A DNA stretch of 55,369 nucleotides, filler included, from Sphacelaria rigidula (taxonomy: Eukaryota), in NCBI GenBank assembly GCA_964200075.2. It is 5 parts of 5 records of this genome, joined end to end, with 100 filler letters (N's around TTAATTAATTAA, not from the genome) between each part and the next. Parts side by side here need not be neighbours in the genome. Positions count along the whole stretch, not along the records: positions 22,190 to 33,183 come from CAXNAA020005562.1; positions 33,284 to 44,276 come from CAXNAA020005563.1; 3 more parts are not named here. One strand, 5' to 3'. Positions 25,601 through 36,900 of the stretch are shown piece after piece (position 1 is the first letter of the stretch; each line of letters begins with the position of its first letter). Both the position numbers and the translations under genes were made by a program. A model generated the notes under the pieces. The model saw only the letters and a list, made by a program, of their open reading frames with translations, had not been told where the DNA came from and did no database searches.

Positions 25601-28600
25601 AGCCCGGCGTCCAGAATAAATGGGACAGCACACACACACACTCTCATACCAGTTGTACAACCGGAGTGTGGTGGCTACTCGAAACAGGGGAAACCTTACC
25701 GGTGAAGTTGTTGTCGTCCAGCTCCAGTCTTACGAGGTCCGTGAGGTACGACAGCTCCATCGGGATGGGGCCTGCGCGATTCATGAAACATACACGGGAG
25801 AAACAAATCGTTGAGAGCGACTACTAGGACCAAGTAGCCCTTCTCGCTACCCCAGCAGAGTCATGGTCCCGTAGTGTAGAGCTGGATCAACAGCACGGTG
25901 CAAGTATGCGCGCGTCGCGGTACATACGGGGGACTTCGTGTGGCCCCGCGGTGCTGTGTCCGCTACCGCTACAGGCTCGTTCACGGGAAAAGACAAAAAA
26001 ATCTGTCATCAGCAATTACCTTCTGCAATACGCATCCAAAAGTCGCCTTCATGGTATCATACTGACAGCAATGAACAGACGAAGAGCGCGACATAGCCGG
26101 ATTTTTTAGAAAGGCTATAGCGGTGGCGCTATGGACAAAAATGTGTCTCGACCAATCAGCGCATTTCAAACTGGTCCGAAATTGAAAACACGAATTCCAA
26201 GCCCATTTTCCACCGAATCTCCACATGCTTCAAATCATAGTGACCGTCATCACCTCAAGAAACTAACGGGAGATACGGTTTTGAAAACGGTTCCAGCGGG
26301 GTCGAATTATAGCCGAAACCGTAATGCTTCGGTGATACGGAGTTTGGCGTCGTCTAGTTTCCACTCATAATACTCAGGAAAGACTCAGGGAGGGAGCCTC
26401 GTGACGATTTCCCTTATATCTGTTGAAGAAAAGCTAAGATCATCCTCAAACTTGGCAGTTCCGTAGGTATTGATGCTCCAAATGGAAAAATTATATTCTT
26501 GGCAAGAGTTTAAAGTTTCTATGTTCTCTACGGGCTTTCGGGGGTCTTTGAACTGGGACCCCGGAAGGCGGTACAGAATGACTCAAAAGAAAAGATAATA
26601 ACATGATGCGTCCCGGGATGGTACAAGGAACACATGTACGAAGTTTGAAGAAAATCGAAAATCTCATAAATTTCTCCTGCCTTGACATAAAATTCACCCC
26701 AAAAAGATGTTTTCATACTCAAACCAAGTAGTTAAGAGTTTGCACGTTTCAAGTTTACATCCTCGCACAGACGCGCAAATCTTGACGCATTTATTAGGAG
26801 TTAGACCCTGAAACTTCGCACAAATGTGCTATGAATCCTTACGCAAGTTTCGATCAACGAGGATCTTCCCTGTTTTGATTTTTTTTTACCGTTTTTCGGG
26901 GGTGCGACGGGATCCAAGTCGTTTTTCGAAGTCGTCCATTTTGGGACCCTGGAAAGCCGGCACTACGTTTTTTTTTTTTCCCATTTTTTTCGCGAACGCT
27001 CTGTCGCCGCAAAACCCAAGGAAGAACCCCACAAAGTTTCGTGACCAAACTCGATTAGCTGGTGCTTGAATTTTCATGTTCACGTCAAAGGCCCAAAAAT
27101 GCCATTTTTATACTAAAATCTAGTAGTTTGCCGTTCACCGTGGCACTCAGTTAAAGTGCGACAATCAAATCAATCAAATTACGGCAAGGTTCATTGCACA
27201 AACGCGAAAAACTTCACGCCGTTTTAAGGAGTTCGACCCTGAAATTTTGCACAACTGTGCTATGGGTCATTACACAACTCTGGATGAACGAGTTTTTTTT
27301 CTCCTTTTTTACCGTTTCACGGGGGTCCGACTGGATCGAAGTTTCCCCCAAAAAACGGTGAAAAAAGTCAAGAAGTGAAAAAACCTCGACCTTGGAAAGT
27401 TGCGTAGTGACCCATAGAACACCTGTGCAAACTTTCAGGGTCCAACCCCTTAAAACGGCGTGAAGTTTTGCCGATGAATGATATGTTTTTTCCCGTGAAC
27501 CAGCCTGTATCACTCGATAGGAAGTCCCTTGAGGCAGAAACAAGCGCACCCGACCGGCGAGCAGACGGTTCCACGTTCCAATACTTGCGGGTGCTTCTTT
27601 CCGACAACCGCAGGCCGGGGCCGGGTGATCTTTCCAGGTAGAAAAAGGTAAATAAACACGAACAGTGTACCGTAACCAGCTACTATATCCACCACTCCCA
27701 AATATGTTGGTGCAAACGTGCCAGGTCTACGCCACGCATCGTACCCTGTACCGTTACTCCTCCCAAGGGAAAGGGTCTTGTTCTACACGTCCTCCATGGT
27801 CTGAGAGTCTTCAAGGTGTGAAAAACACCACGAAAAGCGCAAGGTGGGGGAGTCCCACATGCATCTCATGAGCTAGTCACAGTGGGGTATTTCAGTATGT
27901 TTCGCCTCACTCACCTCATCTCAAGTAATTTGCACTACCCTACAAAATAAACGTGAGTACATCGATACAAAGCAGACATGCTAAGAGTAGGGTACCGCTC
28001 GGTATTTCAGGTACGCCTCTACACTTTGTATCTTTTTCTGTCGATAGTGCAGGTGCGCTGGAAAATACTAAATATTTTCGGTGTCTCCGTGTCTCATCTC
28101 AGGTGCCGTGGGGTACTCCGTACTGCCAATATCGCGTGAAATTCGGGCATACCGAAATACTCGGTATCTAACATTACTATAATTTGTGGTCCAGTTCTTA
28201 GCACTCAGCACGCCAGGTTGGTACCCCGGTCCAGCACACCGCGCCACAAAGATATTCCCATCATGCTGTATCTCACAAGTAATACCGCACAATGGTCATG
28301 AGATAGTCTTACCTGTAAAGCCGTTCCCGCTCAAAACCAACTCCTGCAGAAGCACCAGTCCTCCGAAAGACGCAGGGATCGGGCCTGGATCGGGAGCGAA
28401 GGACGAGTGTAGCGATCATACCGACTGTACCCTCGTTCGCTAGCGCCAACATCACTCGCCCACGACGGTGGCATTTCTTCATGTCGCAACGGTTCCGTTG
28501 GTCTATATCGCATTTATCCGAATTTCCCGAAATTTTCAATCCTACAGAACGGGCATTAAGATACGGCCAACACTTGTGAACAACGAAGCTCGCATGACAG

Positions 28601-29450
28601 CACCCTCCCGCCTCGTACAGTCAGTGATGACCAAGTGCTTGTAAAACACCACTCCGTGAGTGAACAAGAGCGTTCAACTAATGCCCGCATGCGTTCATCA
28701 ACTGTTGAGCAACGTAGGGTACTCTTGTTGCTCAGTAGCAGTCCTTGCCCCTAGCGCACACCTTCGAGGTCATTGTCAGCCAGAAACAACTGCTCCAGCT
28801 CTTCCAGCTTAGACATCTCCTCCGGTATAGGCCCTATCGTGGTAGATATAAATAATATCACACGACATCACAGCACAGCACAGCACATCTCACCCCGTCA
28901 TGACACATTTCAGCACATTTTCGACAAAAATTCGAGAAGAAACAGCACACACATAATAAAGAAAGTGGAGTGTCACAACGAAAACTCACACTTCTCAGTG
29001 GCTCGAGCGGACGACTGACCTGTGAGCTTGTTATTGCTCAGGAACAGATGCTTGAGGGCCGTGAGCTGCCCAATCTCCGGGGGAATGGCATTGCTCAGGT
29101 GGTTATCCCGGAGGCTCAGCGTCTGAAGCGCTGTCAGGGCGCCCAGCTCCGGTACCACGTGACCTGTGATTGTCGTTATTGTTGTTTGACCCACATGTTT
29201 GTTTTACTTTTACTGGTCGAATTTATGACATTACTGTACTGCTGTTGGTTTGTGAGACACCATCGAAAGTATAACAAACCCAGGGAGTGAATCTACAAAT
29301 TCTTCCATCCGATCTGTCGAAGGCCTGCTTATTCAAAATGAGTCACAAGTATGTCCATGCTTCAGTCCGACTCGTATTTGATTTGATCGTTTTGCCGATC
29401 GCGCGGTTTTGACCAACCTGGCTGGCTCCAATGCTCACGTTCGCCCTCTC

Positions 29451-29487
<37 letters not shown>

Positions 29488-29568
29488 CCCCCCGCCGCCC
29501 CCCAACACACCTCCCCCCCCCAGCGCCNNNNNNNNNNGTCTGCCAGTCCCGCTCTGCCCATGCTTCCC

Positions 29569-29602
<34 letters not shown>

Positions 29603-30138
29603 ACGCTCCGTTTCGAAAGGAATGCGTGGTCAATGGTAAAATGACCAAGGCAAGCAACAAATAAGTACCCCCCCCGACGCCTTCGTGGAGCCAGGTGGCA
29701 CTCATGACATGATTCAGCAGCACCTTCAATAGGCAAGTGCGCATGGGCACTAGCCGGTTCCAAGCATTTTATCGCAAGTTATGCGAGTTAATTTTTTCTC
29801 GACCCACGAGAAGCAGATCCAGGCCCAAATATCGTCCAAGCACCTTTCAGCATGTATGGTCCCATAGAACGAAGGAGATCTGAAACCTACGGAACAGTGA
29901 CCCAAGTGAGCCACAGAGAAAGGTCCAAATTCGTCAATGTGTCTATTTTTTTCTCGAGGGAATGGATATCTGTGAAACAATGTTCCTTTTTGAATAATTT
30001 AAAAACACCGACAGAAGTAGCAGACTATATTCGTGGATGGATGTTCAAGCAGGCTTAGGATCTCACCCTTCAAGCTGTTGCCGCGCAGGCTCAGGATCTC
30101 CAGGTGGCGCAGCTGTGAGATTGAACTGGGAATCAAGC
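22590..30138 (-). CDS. Partial multi-exon leucine-rich-repeat protein gene (LRR-ROCO or LRR receptor-like; 8 LRRs in 7 exons; start and C-terminal domain lie outside the recognised exons)
   Basis: Exons 30067-30138, 29020-29163, 28762-28833, 28313-28384, 25700-25771, 23509-23580 and 22590-22661 all have AG/GT borders, are all phase 1-1, and splice in frame into GxIPxxxxxLxxLxxLxLxxNxLxG repeats. Confidence 0.92.
23230..23395. mobile_element. MITE, same family, inside an LRR-gene intron
   Basis: caccccagacaatatatggtcaaaagatgcaatagac / gtctattgcaactattgacgatatattgttcaaggtg. Confidence 0.6.
23509..23580 (-). CDS. LRR exon, 72 bp: GDIPSSLALLVNLKVLYLNNNSLT(G)
   Basis: cag|GA GAC ATC CCT ... CTC ACA G|gtgagg. 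Confidence 0.9.
24738..25145. mobile_element. MITE with ~85-bp TIRs (CAGGG-type end, possibly hAT-derived) in an LRR-gene intron
   Basis: gggtgtacacgttacacgtg...aacgctacgtaaggtt / aaccttacgtagcgtt...gtgtaacgtgtatatccctg. Confidence 0.6.
25700..25771 (-). CDS. LRR exon, 72 bp: GPIPMELSYLTDLVRLELDDNNFT(G)
   Basis: cag|GC CCC ATC CCG ... TTC ACC G|gtaagg. Confidence 0.9.
28313..28384 (-). CDS. LRR exon, 72 bp: GPIPASFGGLVLLQELVLSGNGFT(G)
   Basis: cag|GC CCG ATC CCT ... TTT ACA G|gtaaga. Confidence 0.9.
28762..28833 (-). CDS. LRR exon, 72 bp: GPIPEEMSKLEELEQLFLADNDLE(G)
   Basis: tag|GG CCT ATA CCG ... CTC GAA G|gtgtgc. Confidence 0.9.
29020..29163 (-). CDS. Double LRR exon, 144 bp: GHVVPELGALTALQTLSLRDNHLSNAIPPEIGQLTALKHLFLSNNKLT(G)
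   Basis: cag|GT CAC ... CTC ACA G|gtcagt; two tandem 24-aa LRRs. Confidence 0.92.
30067..30138 (-). CDS. LRR exon, 72 bp: GLIPSSISQLRHLEILSLRGNSLK(G)
   Basis: cag|GC TTG ATT CCC ... AGC TTG AAG G|gtgaga; 24-aa plant-type LRR consensus. Confidence 0.9.
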
Positions 30139-30761
30139 CTGCGATGACAGGACAGAGGAGCAGTCATCCGCACGAGGCGCAGAAGGATCAAATATACAGC
30201 CACATTTCGCCCGGTCAACGAGATGTCACGACCGTAGTGCTCAACTCTTGAGACAAGGACTAAGGTGAAACTGTACTACGAACGCCCTACCGAGAGCGTG
30301 TGTCCTTCGTCTCAAAATTAAATCTGGAGTGAAAAATGTGGCCGAAATCGATTCTTCGATTCGATGCCGGCCACGGCATTCATTTCCTTGGTTTTTTCAT
30401 TCATGCTTTCGTTCTAGACTCACTTCCCGTGGAGGGCGTGTCTCATCAAGGGACATGACCAGCAGAAAAGGACGGCGGAACCCATTATTTTCGTTGTCTG
30501 TTTTGCGCGGTTAACAGGGAATTCTCGACAAAAACACGAGAGAAACATGAGTGTAACGTGCGGCTGCAGCGAAAGCTACGAACCATAGATCAACAGCGTC
30601 CCCAACTAGAAATTCGTTCAAACTTTGGTAACTGGATAGACACTGGTCCGTTGAAACAGTTGTTAGCCCGGGCCCTAGCTTTTACCCGATCTATCTATCT
30701 TGTGATTTGTTTGGTGCCGAACGGCCCCGAGGTGAAGTAGATCATTGGAAAATATACAAAA

Positions 30762-32287
30762 AAGGGTACAGCCTCATGCTTTTGGACCTCAAAACGTTAC
30801 CACATTTTTTCGGTTTGGGGCGCGGTGTTGCACGCGGGCTCAACACCTCGAAAACACGCTCCAGCACCTCAACCCCACGCCCAAGGTGTCTGGGCGGCAT
30901 GCTTGACAATTTTTTTTCATCATCATTTCACACGCGGTACAAGGCTAAACTATGGCGCGTAAAGAGGGTCTGTGAGAGTACCCTTTTTTATCCACAAACC
31001 AGGAGGGTACACCCTTTTGTTTTCACGTGTATACCCTTCGATGCTCAAGTGTATACCCGCCTTTACCTTTTTTTGTGCAGTGGTGACCGTACTGCCGGCT
31101 CCTCAGGAGATACACCGAACAGTCACAACCATACCCATTTTTTTTTGTGAAATCACGCCGTGCCCAAAAGGCGAAAACCCAACGGCCAAGAAATTGTATC
31201 CTCCTCCTCGTTGGCCCGCAAACCCTCGGAAGATCCGACGATGCATACAGGGCGCGAACGCTTGTGTGACGGAGCTAAAAATAGATACGTGTGATATTTT
31301 TTGCCGACGCACACACGCCCGAACGGCATCATGTGGCGTTGCCATGATCATTGAACCACGGATACCGTGGGCACAGACAACGTGTTTGTTACTCTGCTCG
31401 TAGTTTATTTCCGCCTGCCTGACCCCTCTCGTACTCCCAGCATGGCTTCACGCTGTTTGTAGTGTTGTGGAACAAAAAGCACAGACATAAGCAGCGTCCA
31501 CTTGACTGTGTTTGGTGGAGAGCGAAGGCGTAACGACTGTTTCTTGCCGTTGTTTTCAGCCAAGACATACAACACACGTAACTGAATCTGCACACACTTG
31601 ACTGCAGGGTGAGAACATGTCGGGGGCCCTTCGGGACTGTGAGTTCTGGTCATGATCCGCAAATTGCAGATCTTGCAGCGGTCTGATGTTTAACGATCAT
31701 GGTGACGCCATTTGGGCGTGTGTGCGTTGGCAAGATGTTTCACATGCATTCGTTGGATCTTCGTGAGCTCCAACACACAAGCATTCGCGCCCTGTACGCA
31801 TCGTTGGATCTTCCGAGGGTTTGCGGGCCACTTTATTGGTCTATGGATTTCGCATTTTAGGCGCGGCGTGATTTCACAAAAAAAAGGGTATGGTTGTGAC
31901 TGTTCGGTGTATCTCCTGAGGAGCCGGCAGTACGGTCACCACTGCACAAAAAAGGGTAAAGATGTGTATACACTTGAGCATCAAATAGTACACACGTGAG
32001 AACAAAAGGGTAAGATATTTTTCTCAGCAGAAAGCAGGGTGTACCCTCCTGGTTTGTTCACAAAAAAGGGTACGCTCACAGCCCCCTCCTTTACGCACCG
32101 TAATTGAGCCTTATACAACGTGTGAAGTGATGAAACAAGAATGATCGGGGATGCCGCCCAGACACCTTGGGCCTGGGGTTGAGGCGCTGGAACGTGTTTC
32201 GAGGTGTTGGGCCCGCGCGCAGCGCCGCGCCTCAAATTGAAAAATGTGTTGACCTTCCTTGTTCCAAAATCATGAGGCTGTACCCTT
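30762..32287. mobile_element. About 1.5-kb foldback element (arms ~590 bp, spacer ~31356-31687)
   Basis: aagggtacagcctcatg / catgaggctgtaccctt termini; long internal matches such as accgtactgccggctcctcaggagatacaccgaacagtcacaaccataccc and its inverse. Confidence 0.85.
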
Positions 32288-33183
32288 CTTGGACATTATC
32301 GTCGATTATTTGTCTGTTTCGAATACCCTCTAGCTGCACCTAACTCAAAATTGACTGCTTTTGAAAAATCGTGACAAGAAATATCACCTGGATTGCTACT
32401 GCTTGCTCAACACCCCACGCCAAGTCATGAATGCCTCTCAAACAGATTACAGTACCCCGAGCCGTCGTGGACTGCGGCTGCACGTGTCATGTTACCATGT
32501 GTCAAAGGGGTTGTGCGCGTAGTGTGAGTGCAGGCAGCTACCGATGAACGCATGAAAATATCGGACACATGATTCAAACAGTCGAAGTTGGCGGGCATGG
32601 TACAGGGATGGTGCAGACATGGGGCAAAAAGAACAATAATTTTGTCAGATTGAGAGTGTAGCGTTGATCGAGTGTGGGATTACTCGTTCGCTTTAACTTG
32701 ACCATTTTTCCTTTCTGTGTGATTTTTTTGCCTGTAACACTGGCGTGTGCTTACAGTTACACGTCGATATCCTACTCAGGGATATCAAGGGCTTCAGTGG
32801 CAAGCGACTACAGAACGTGTATCGGGTCTCGTGGAGGGACATTTCGGAACTGAAATGATTAAATCATTAACAGGTTGCTCTGCTTCGCATCGCACTTCCA
32901 ATTTTCCTTTATCCTTTCTTGCATTGGAATGGAATGGAAAAGGGACAGAAGAGACAGATGCCCTCAATGAAGAAAAGCAAGAACGGCATACAAGCAGAAG
33001 AAGGTACAGAAAGAAAGTAAGGCTACAGATTGACGATGACAATTTCGCGCATCGCACCACGCAAATTCCAGACACTATCGTTCTAGTCCAAGTGACGTCC
33101 TTCCACGTGTGCAAGGCCGCGACAGTGAAGAAGCTATACTACTGTACTTTATTGGCAAAGCACAGTAGTATAGCGTCGTCACT

Positions 33184-33283
33184 NNNNNNNNNNNNNNNNN
33201 NNNNNNNNNNNNNNNNNNNNNNNNNNNTTAATTAATTAANNNNNNNNNNNNNNNNNNNNNNNNNNNNNNNNNNNNNNNNNNNN
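33184..33283. other. Artificial contig linker
   Basis: Same N44-TTAATTAATTAA-N44 structure. Confidence 0.97.
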
Positions 33284-33357
33284 CCTCCCCCCTACCTCGC
33301 CGCCCTGCCGCCGCCGCTCGCGGGGGGGTGGGCCGGCCACGACCCAGACGCGAGGGG

Positions 33358-33405
<48 letters not shown>

Positions 33406-33845
33406 TTTTGGGCCACTTCTTACCTGAAATCCCAAGGCAAATCGCCGTTGAAATCAGCGACGGTTGCTCGAACGAGCTTGTTATAGATAAATAACGCTCA
33501 TTTATAACGATTGATACCGTTTCGGACCAAATACAAGAGCATCGCGAGTGTGGCAAGTCGTCTGCCACACCGATGAGCCTTTTTTTTGGTGCAATCAAAT
33601 ACCCCACCCACCCCCCCCCCTATCGTAGGATGACTCACGAGTACACGAAAATTGATGAAGCGAAAAGCCGCACCACTCTCATCAGACATTTTTGGAGCCA
33701 TGTCATTAAAAAAATGTTCTCCTACCTGGTCTGCGGGGTATGTTTAGTTGTTCACGGGAAGGAGTGAACGACATACACTAACTGTACACGTAAAAAAAAG
33801 AAGGGATGAACGGACAAACGCGGCCACAAGTGTGTGCACACTCAC

Positions 33846-33989
33846 TGTGGCATTCTTGAGCAGCTCTCGCAGCACCTCCGGGTAGGGCGATTCGATGTAG
33901 TGCTTGTTGTGCTTCAACACCAGCTTGGCTTTGCCGAAGCTCAGAGTGCAATCTCTGATGAAGGTCACCACGCTTTCTGGCACCGCCGT
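33846..33989 (-). CDS. XPB: XPB exon 6 ([48 protein letters not shown])
   Basis: cag|ACG ... ACA|gtgagt; 144 bp; matches the CT.SYGK.KLVLKHN.Y..ES motif. Confidence 0.95.
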
Positions 33990-36900
33990 CTGCCAAATGG
34001 CCCGAGACAGGCGAAGTTGGTCTACATTATCATCACCATCACGAGCGGAAATGATGCGTCATGCTCCACGCCACGCATAACAAAGCACGGTACAGGGATA
34101 CTCCTCACCGACAACCACGCGAGATACCTCTCTGTACTTCCAACGCCACTGATACTTCATTATTTTATTACTTTCGTCACGCTGTCGACCCCCCCCCGTC
34201 CTCGGGATGACTCCGTCGTCTACTGTTGATCAGTCTCAAGATCTGAAGGGTCAACCCGCCTCTCCCCCGGTACACGCCTTCTTACGTTACACTTTGGTAG
34301 AGTATCGCGGATTGAATCGTGACTTAAACACTCCTGCACCGTGCCGACTCTCGTCAAATAAGCTATTATAACTTCCTCCGCTATTCACGTCCTCATGTTT
34401 TTCAACCATGGAAATCATGGAAATCATAAACCTGGCAGATTCCAACCCGCGTTTTCCCACCCTAATCCTACAACAACTCATTTAACTTGCGCGATTTGAT
34501 TTCAGACCACCGCGACGTGGCGGCAATCACATGTAGGAGCATCTGTGCCAACGGAAGCTAGCACCATGCCCACACTTGGGCCGTGTTTCGCACCACCATG
34601 GGCGGTGTCAAACGCGCATGTGCGTTCTCTGCTGCAATTAACTAACCTTGGACAGGCGGTTGAGCACCCTGATGATGCTCTCAGTGTCGATGGACACGGC
34701 AACAGCGGCATACAGGCTGTACGGCGTCAGCTTGTACTCGTGCACAAACTCCGGCCGAGCCACCGGCTCAGCAATGGCTACCAAGAAGTCGTAAGCCTGC
34801 GAATGGCATGGTTGAAAACAAATGCGCCCGAGTTTTCAGTTTGACAAGCACAGTCGGGAGATTTTGAAGTTCGAGAAGCACAGTCGACATGACGCTGCAG
34901 CGAAAGTTGTTTGTGCAAAACAGCTAGTGGGCAGGAGATGGAGGGCTGAAGCGGCACGTTGTGTTCAGCGCCGTGGGCAAACTGCATGCGAACAATCAAG
35001 GTGAAAATTCACATTATTTTCCCGAAAGGTAGGTGTCTTGACCACGAATCTACGCCGACTTAATTCATTGTGGGTTCTCCATGTACGAAGGGTTGTTCAC
35101 CGAATATTTGCATCTGCGGAAAGGTCGAACCCTGACCATGACCTTCATCATCTTTACAAGTCCGAGGACAAGCTAAGGTGCTCACCTGGTGATAGTATGG
35201 AGACGACGCTTCGAGGTAGATGTGGCCGTCCGGCAGCACCCAGATGGGGCGGTCGCCGTGCTGCGCTTTCAGCTAAACGATGGCACGATGGCACCAACCA
35301 TGGACACGATCACGGGAGAGCGAATCATGTAGCAAGCCATAGTAAAATAGTGAATCTCGGCTGATGAAGGCAGGCCAGCAAACATGGATCATACACTAAA
35401 GCATGACAAATTACGAGTTCGGTATCAGAAGGTGGCCCTTCAATGACAAAGAGGCCGCATAACATGAGAGGCCATACCTCCAACGTACACCACACTATGG
35501 CATGAAGATGCCACAAGAGACACAGCAACAACCCACGACATGAGTTGATAGGAAGATGATCTTGGGGATGTGTACGGAGGACAATCCGCTTGCGGTGCGG
35601 ATTACTTCTTTTCAAACCTCACGGAGCGCAGCGGATATCCGAATGTGCGAAAAATTACGGATTATGACGGAGTGGATACCCGCGATTGAAAGATGTCACT
35701 GAGCGGAGGGGATTTTTCGAATATGGCACGGTACGGTGCGGAGCGGAGCGGATATCCGCCTGCTACAAAATCACATATTATTGCGGAGCGGATGTCCGTC
35801 GCACGGATTTTTTCACGGAGCGGATTGTCCCCCTCCGTGGAACAAACCGCACAAATCGCGGCATTTTCCCACGGTGCGCCATGGCTATACTCCGTTAATA
35901 TAACACGGTTATCCGCGAAAATGGCATGGATATCCGCGGATGACTACCAAAAAGTACGAAAGGGTCGTTTCGCTGAGACTTCCAGATGCTGGACAGGGGG
36001 GACGGCGGATATAATGCTCCACATACAACGTCGCGTCCCTAACCGAACTCACGGAAGTATAGCCACACCCCTGAGATTACTCTAGCACTAGCGTCCACCG
36101 ACACATTGACCACAGTGCGCCGAACGCTTTCTACGATCTTGGCGGGAGGTGTGTGTGGGGGGTACTCATTTCTTGCTTGCCTTAGGTGTGGGGGTGGGCA
36201 CAGCAGAATCGGAAAAGTTCTCACGTAGAGGAGAAGGAGGAAGAGAATCGGAACCGGGTGTGGAGGTGGACATGCACCTCCACCTCAGCCTCTGACATGG
36301 GAGATTGCTCGGCACTGTGTTCGGTATTGGAACCCATGGCATCAGCCATCCGAGGTCCGCGCACCGCCACCGTGTTTGGATTACGCTCTTCAGTTTGAGG
36401 CGCACGCGTCTGTGAGTGTTTGTGTGGGTTGTCATGATTCGCTGCAGAATTTCAGAACCACATCGGTGAATTGCTTATCCAGAACAATATTTTTTATACT
36501 TCGAATTCCAAGTTATCCGGCATTTGGAACAGTTTCGTCCGTGGAAATCTGTGGCTTTTCAGCGGTTCGATCCGTAAGTTGTGCTTCGGAGAACGCACGG
36601 ATGGACTACGGAGTGGATAAAATCGCTCTGTAGAAAAACCGAGTTTCACGGTTCCAACCGCGCAGCCGTAATCCAAACGGAGCGGAGCGATTTTGTTGAA
36701 ATTGTCACGGAGCGGTGCGGATATCCACACACCAGAAAACTCGCGGATTATTGCGGAGCGGATATCCGGCCTTGATTATGTCACGGAGCGAAACAGATTT
36801 TTCGAGTATGGTACGGAGCGGATATCCGCCCCCTACAAAGGCCACGGAGCGGTGAGGTTTGACAAATCGCACCGTAATAATCCGCTACGCGGATTTATTC

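Noticed and set aside
27576-27613. Plus-strand FQYLRVLLSDNR as an inverted LRR cassette
   Set aside because: Wrong Leu spacing, no GxIP start and no matching splice sites.
29343-29763. Poly-Gly/poly-Pro ORFs (also 33228-33607, 44321-44626) and poly-Ala/Cys/Ser ORFs (51721-51999, 53981-54175)
   Set aside because: Translations of G/C homopolymers and microsatellites, some spanning N gaps.
32990-33125. Minus-strand LHTWKDVT...KLSSSICSLTFFLYLLL as an LRR N-cap or extra LRR exon
   Set aside because: Lacks the NxLxG end and 72-bp phase-1 splice borders, and runs into pyrimidine-rich intron-like DNA.
21720-33989. Malic enzyme, LRR array and XPB as a co-oriented gene cluster or fusion
   Set aside because: They lie on different contigs separated by artificial linkers.
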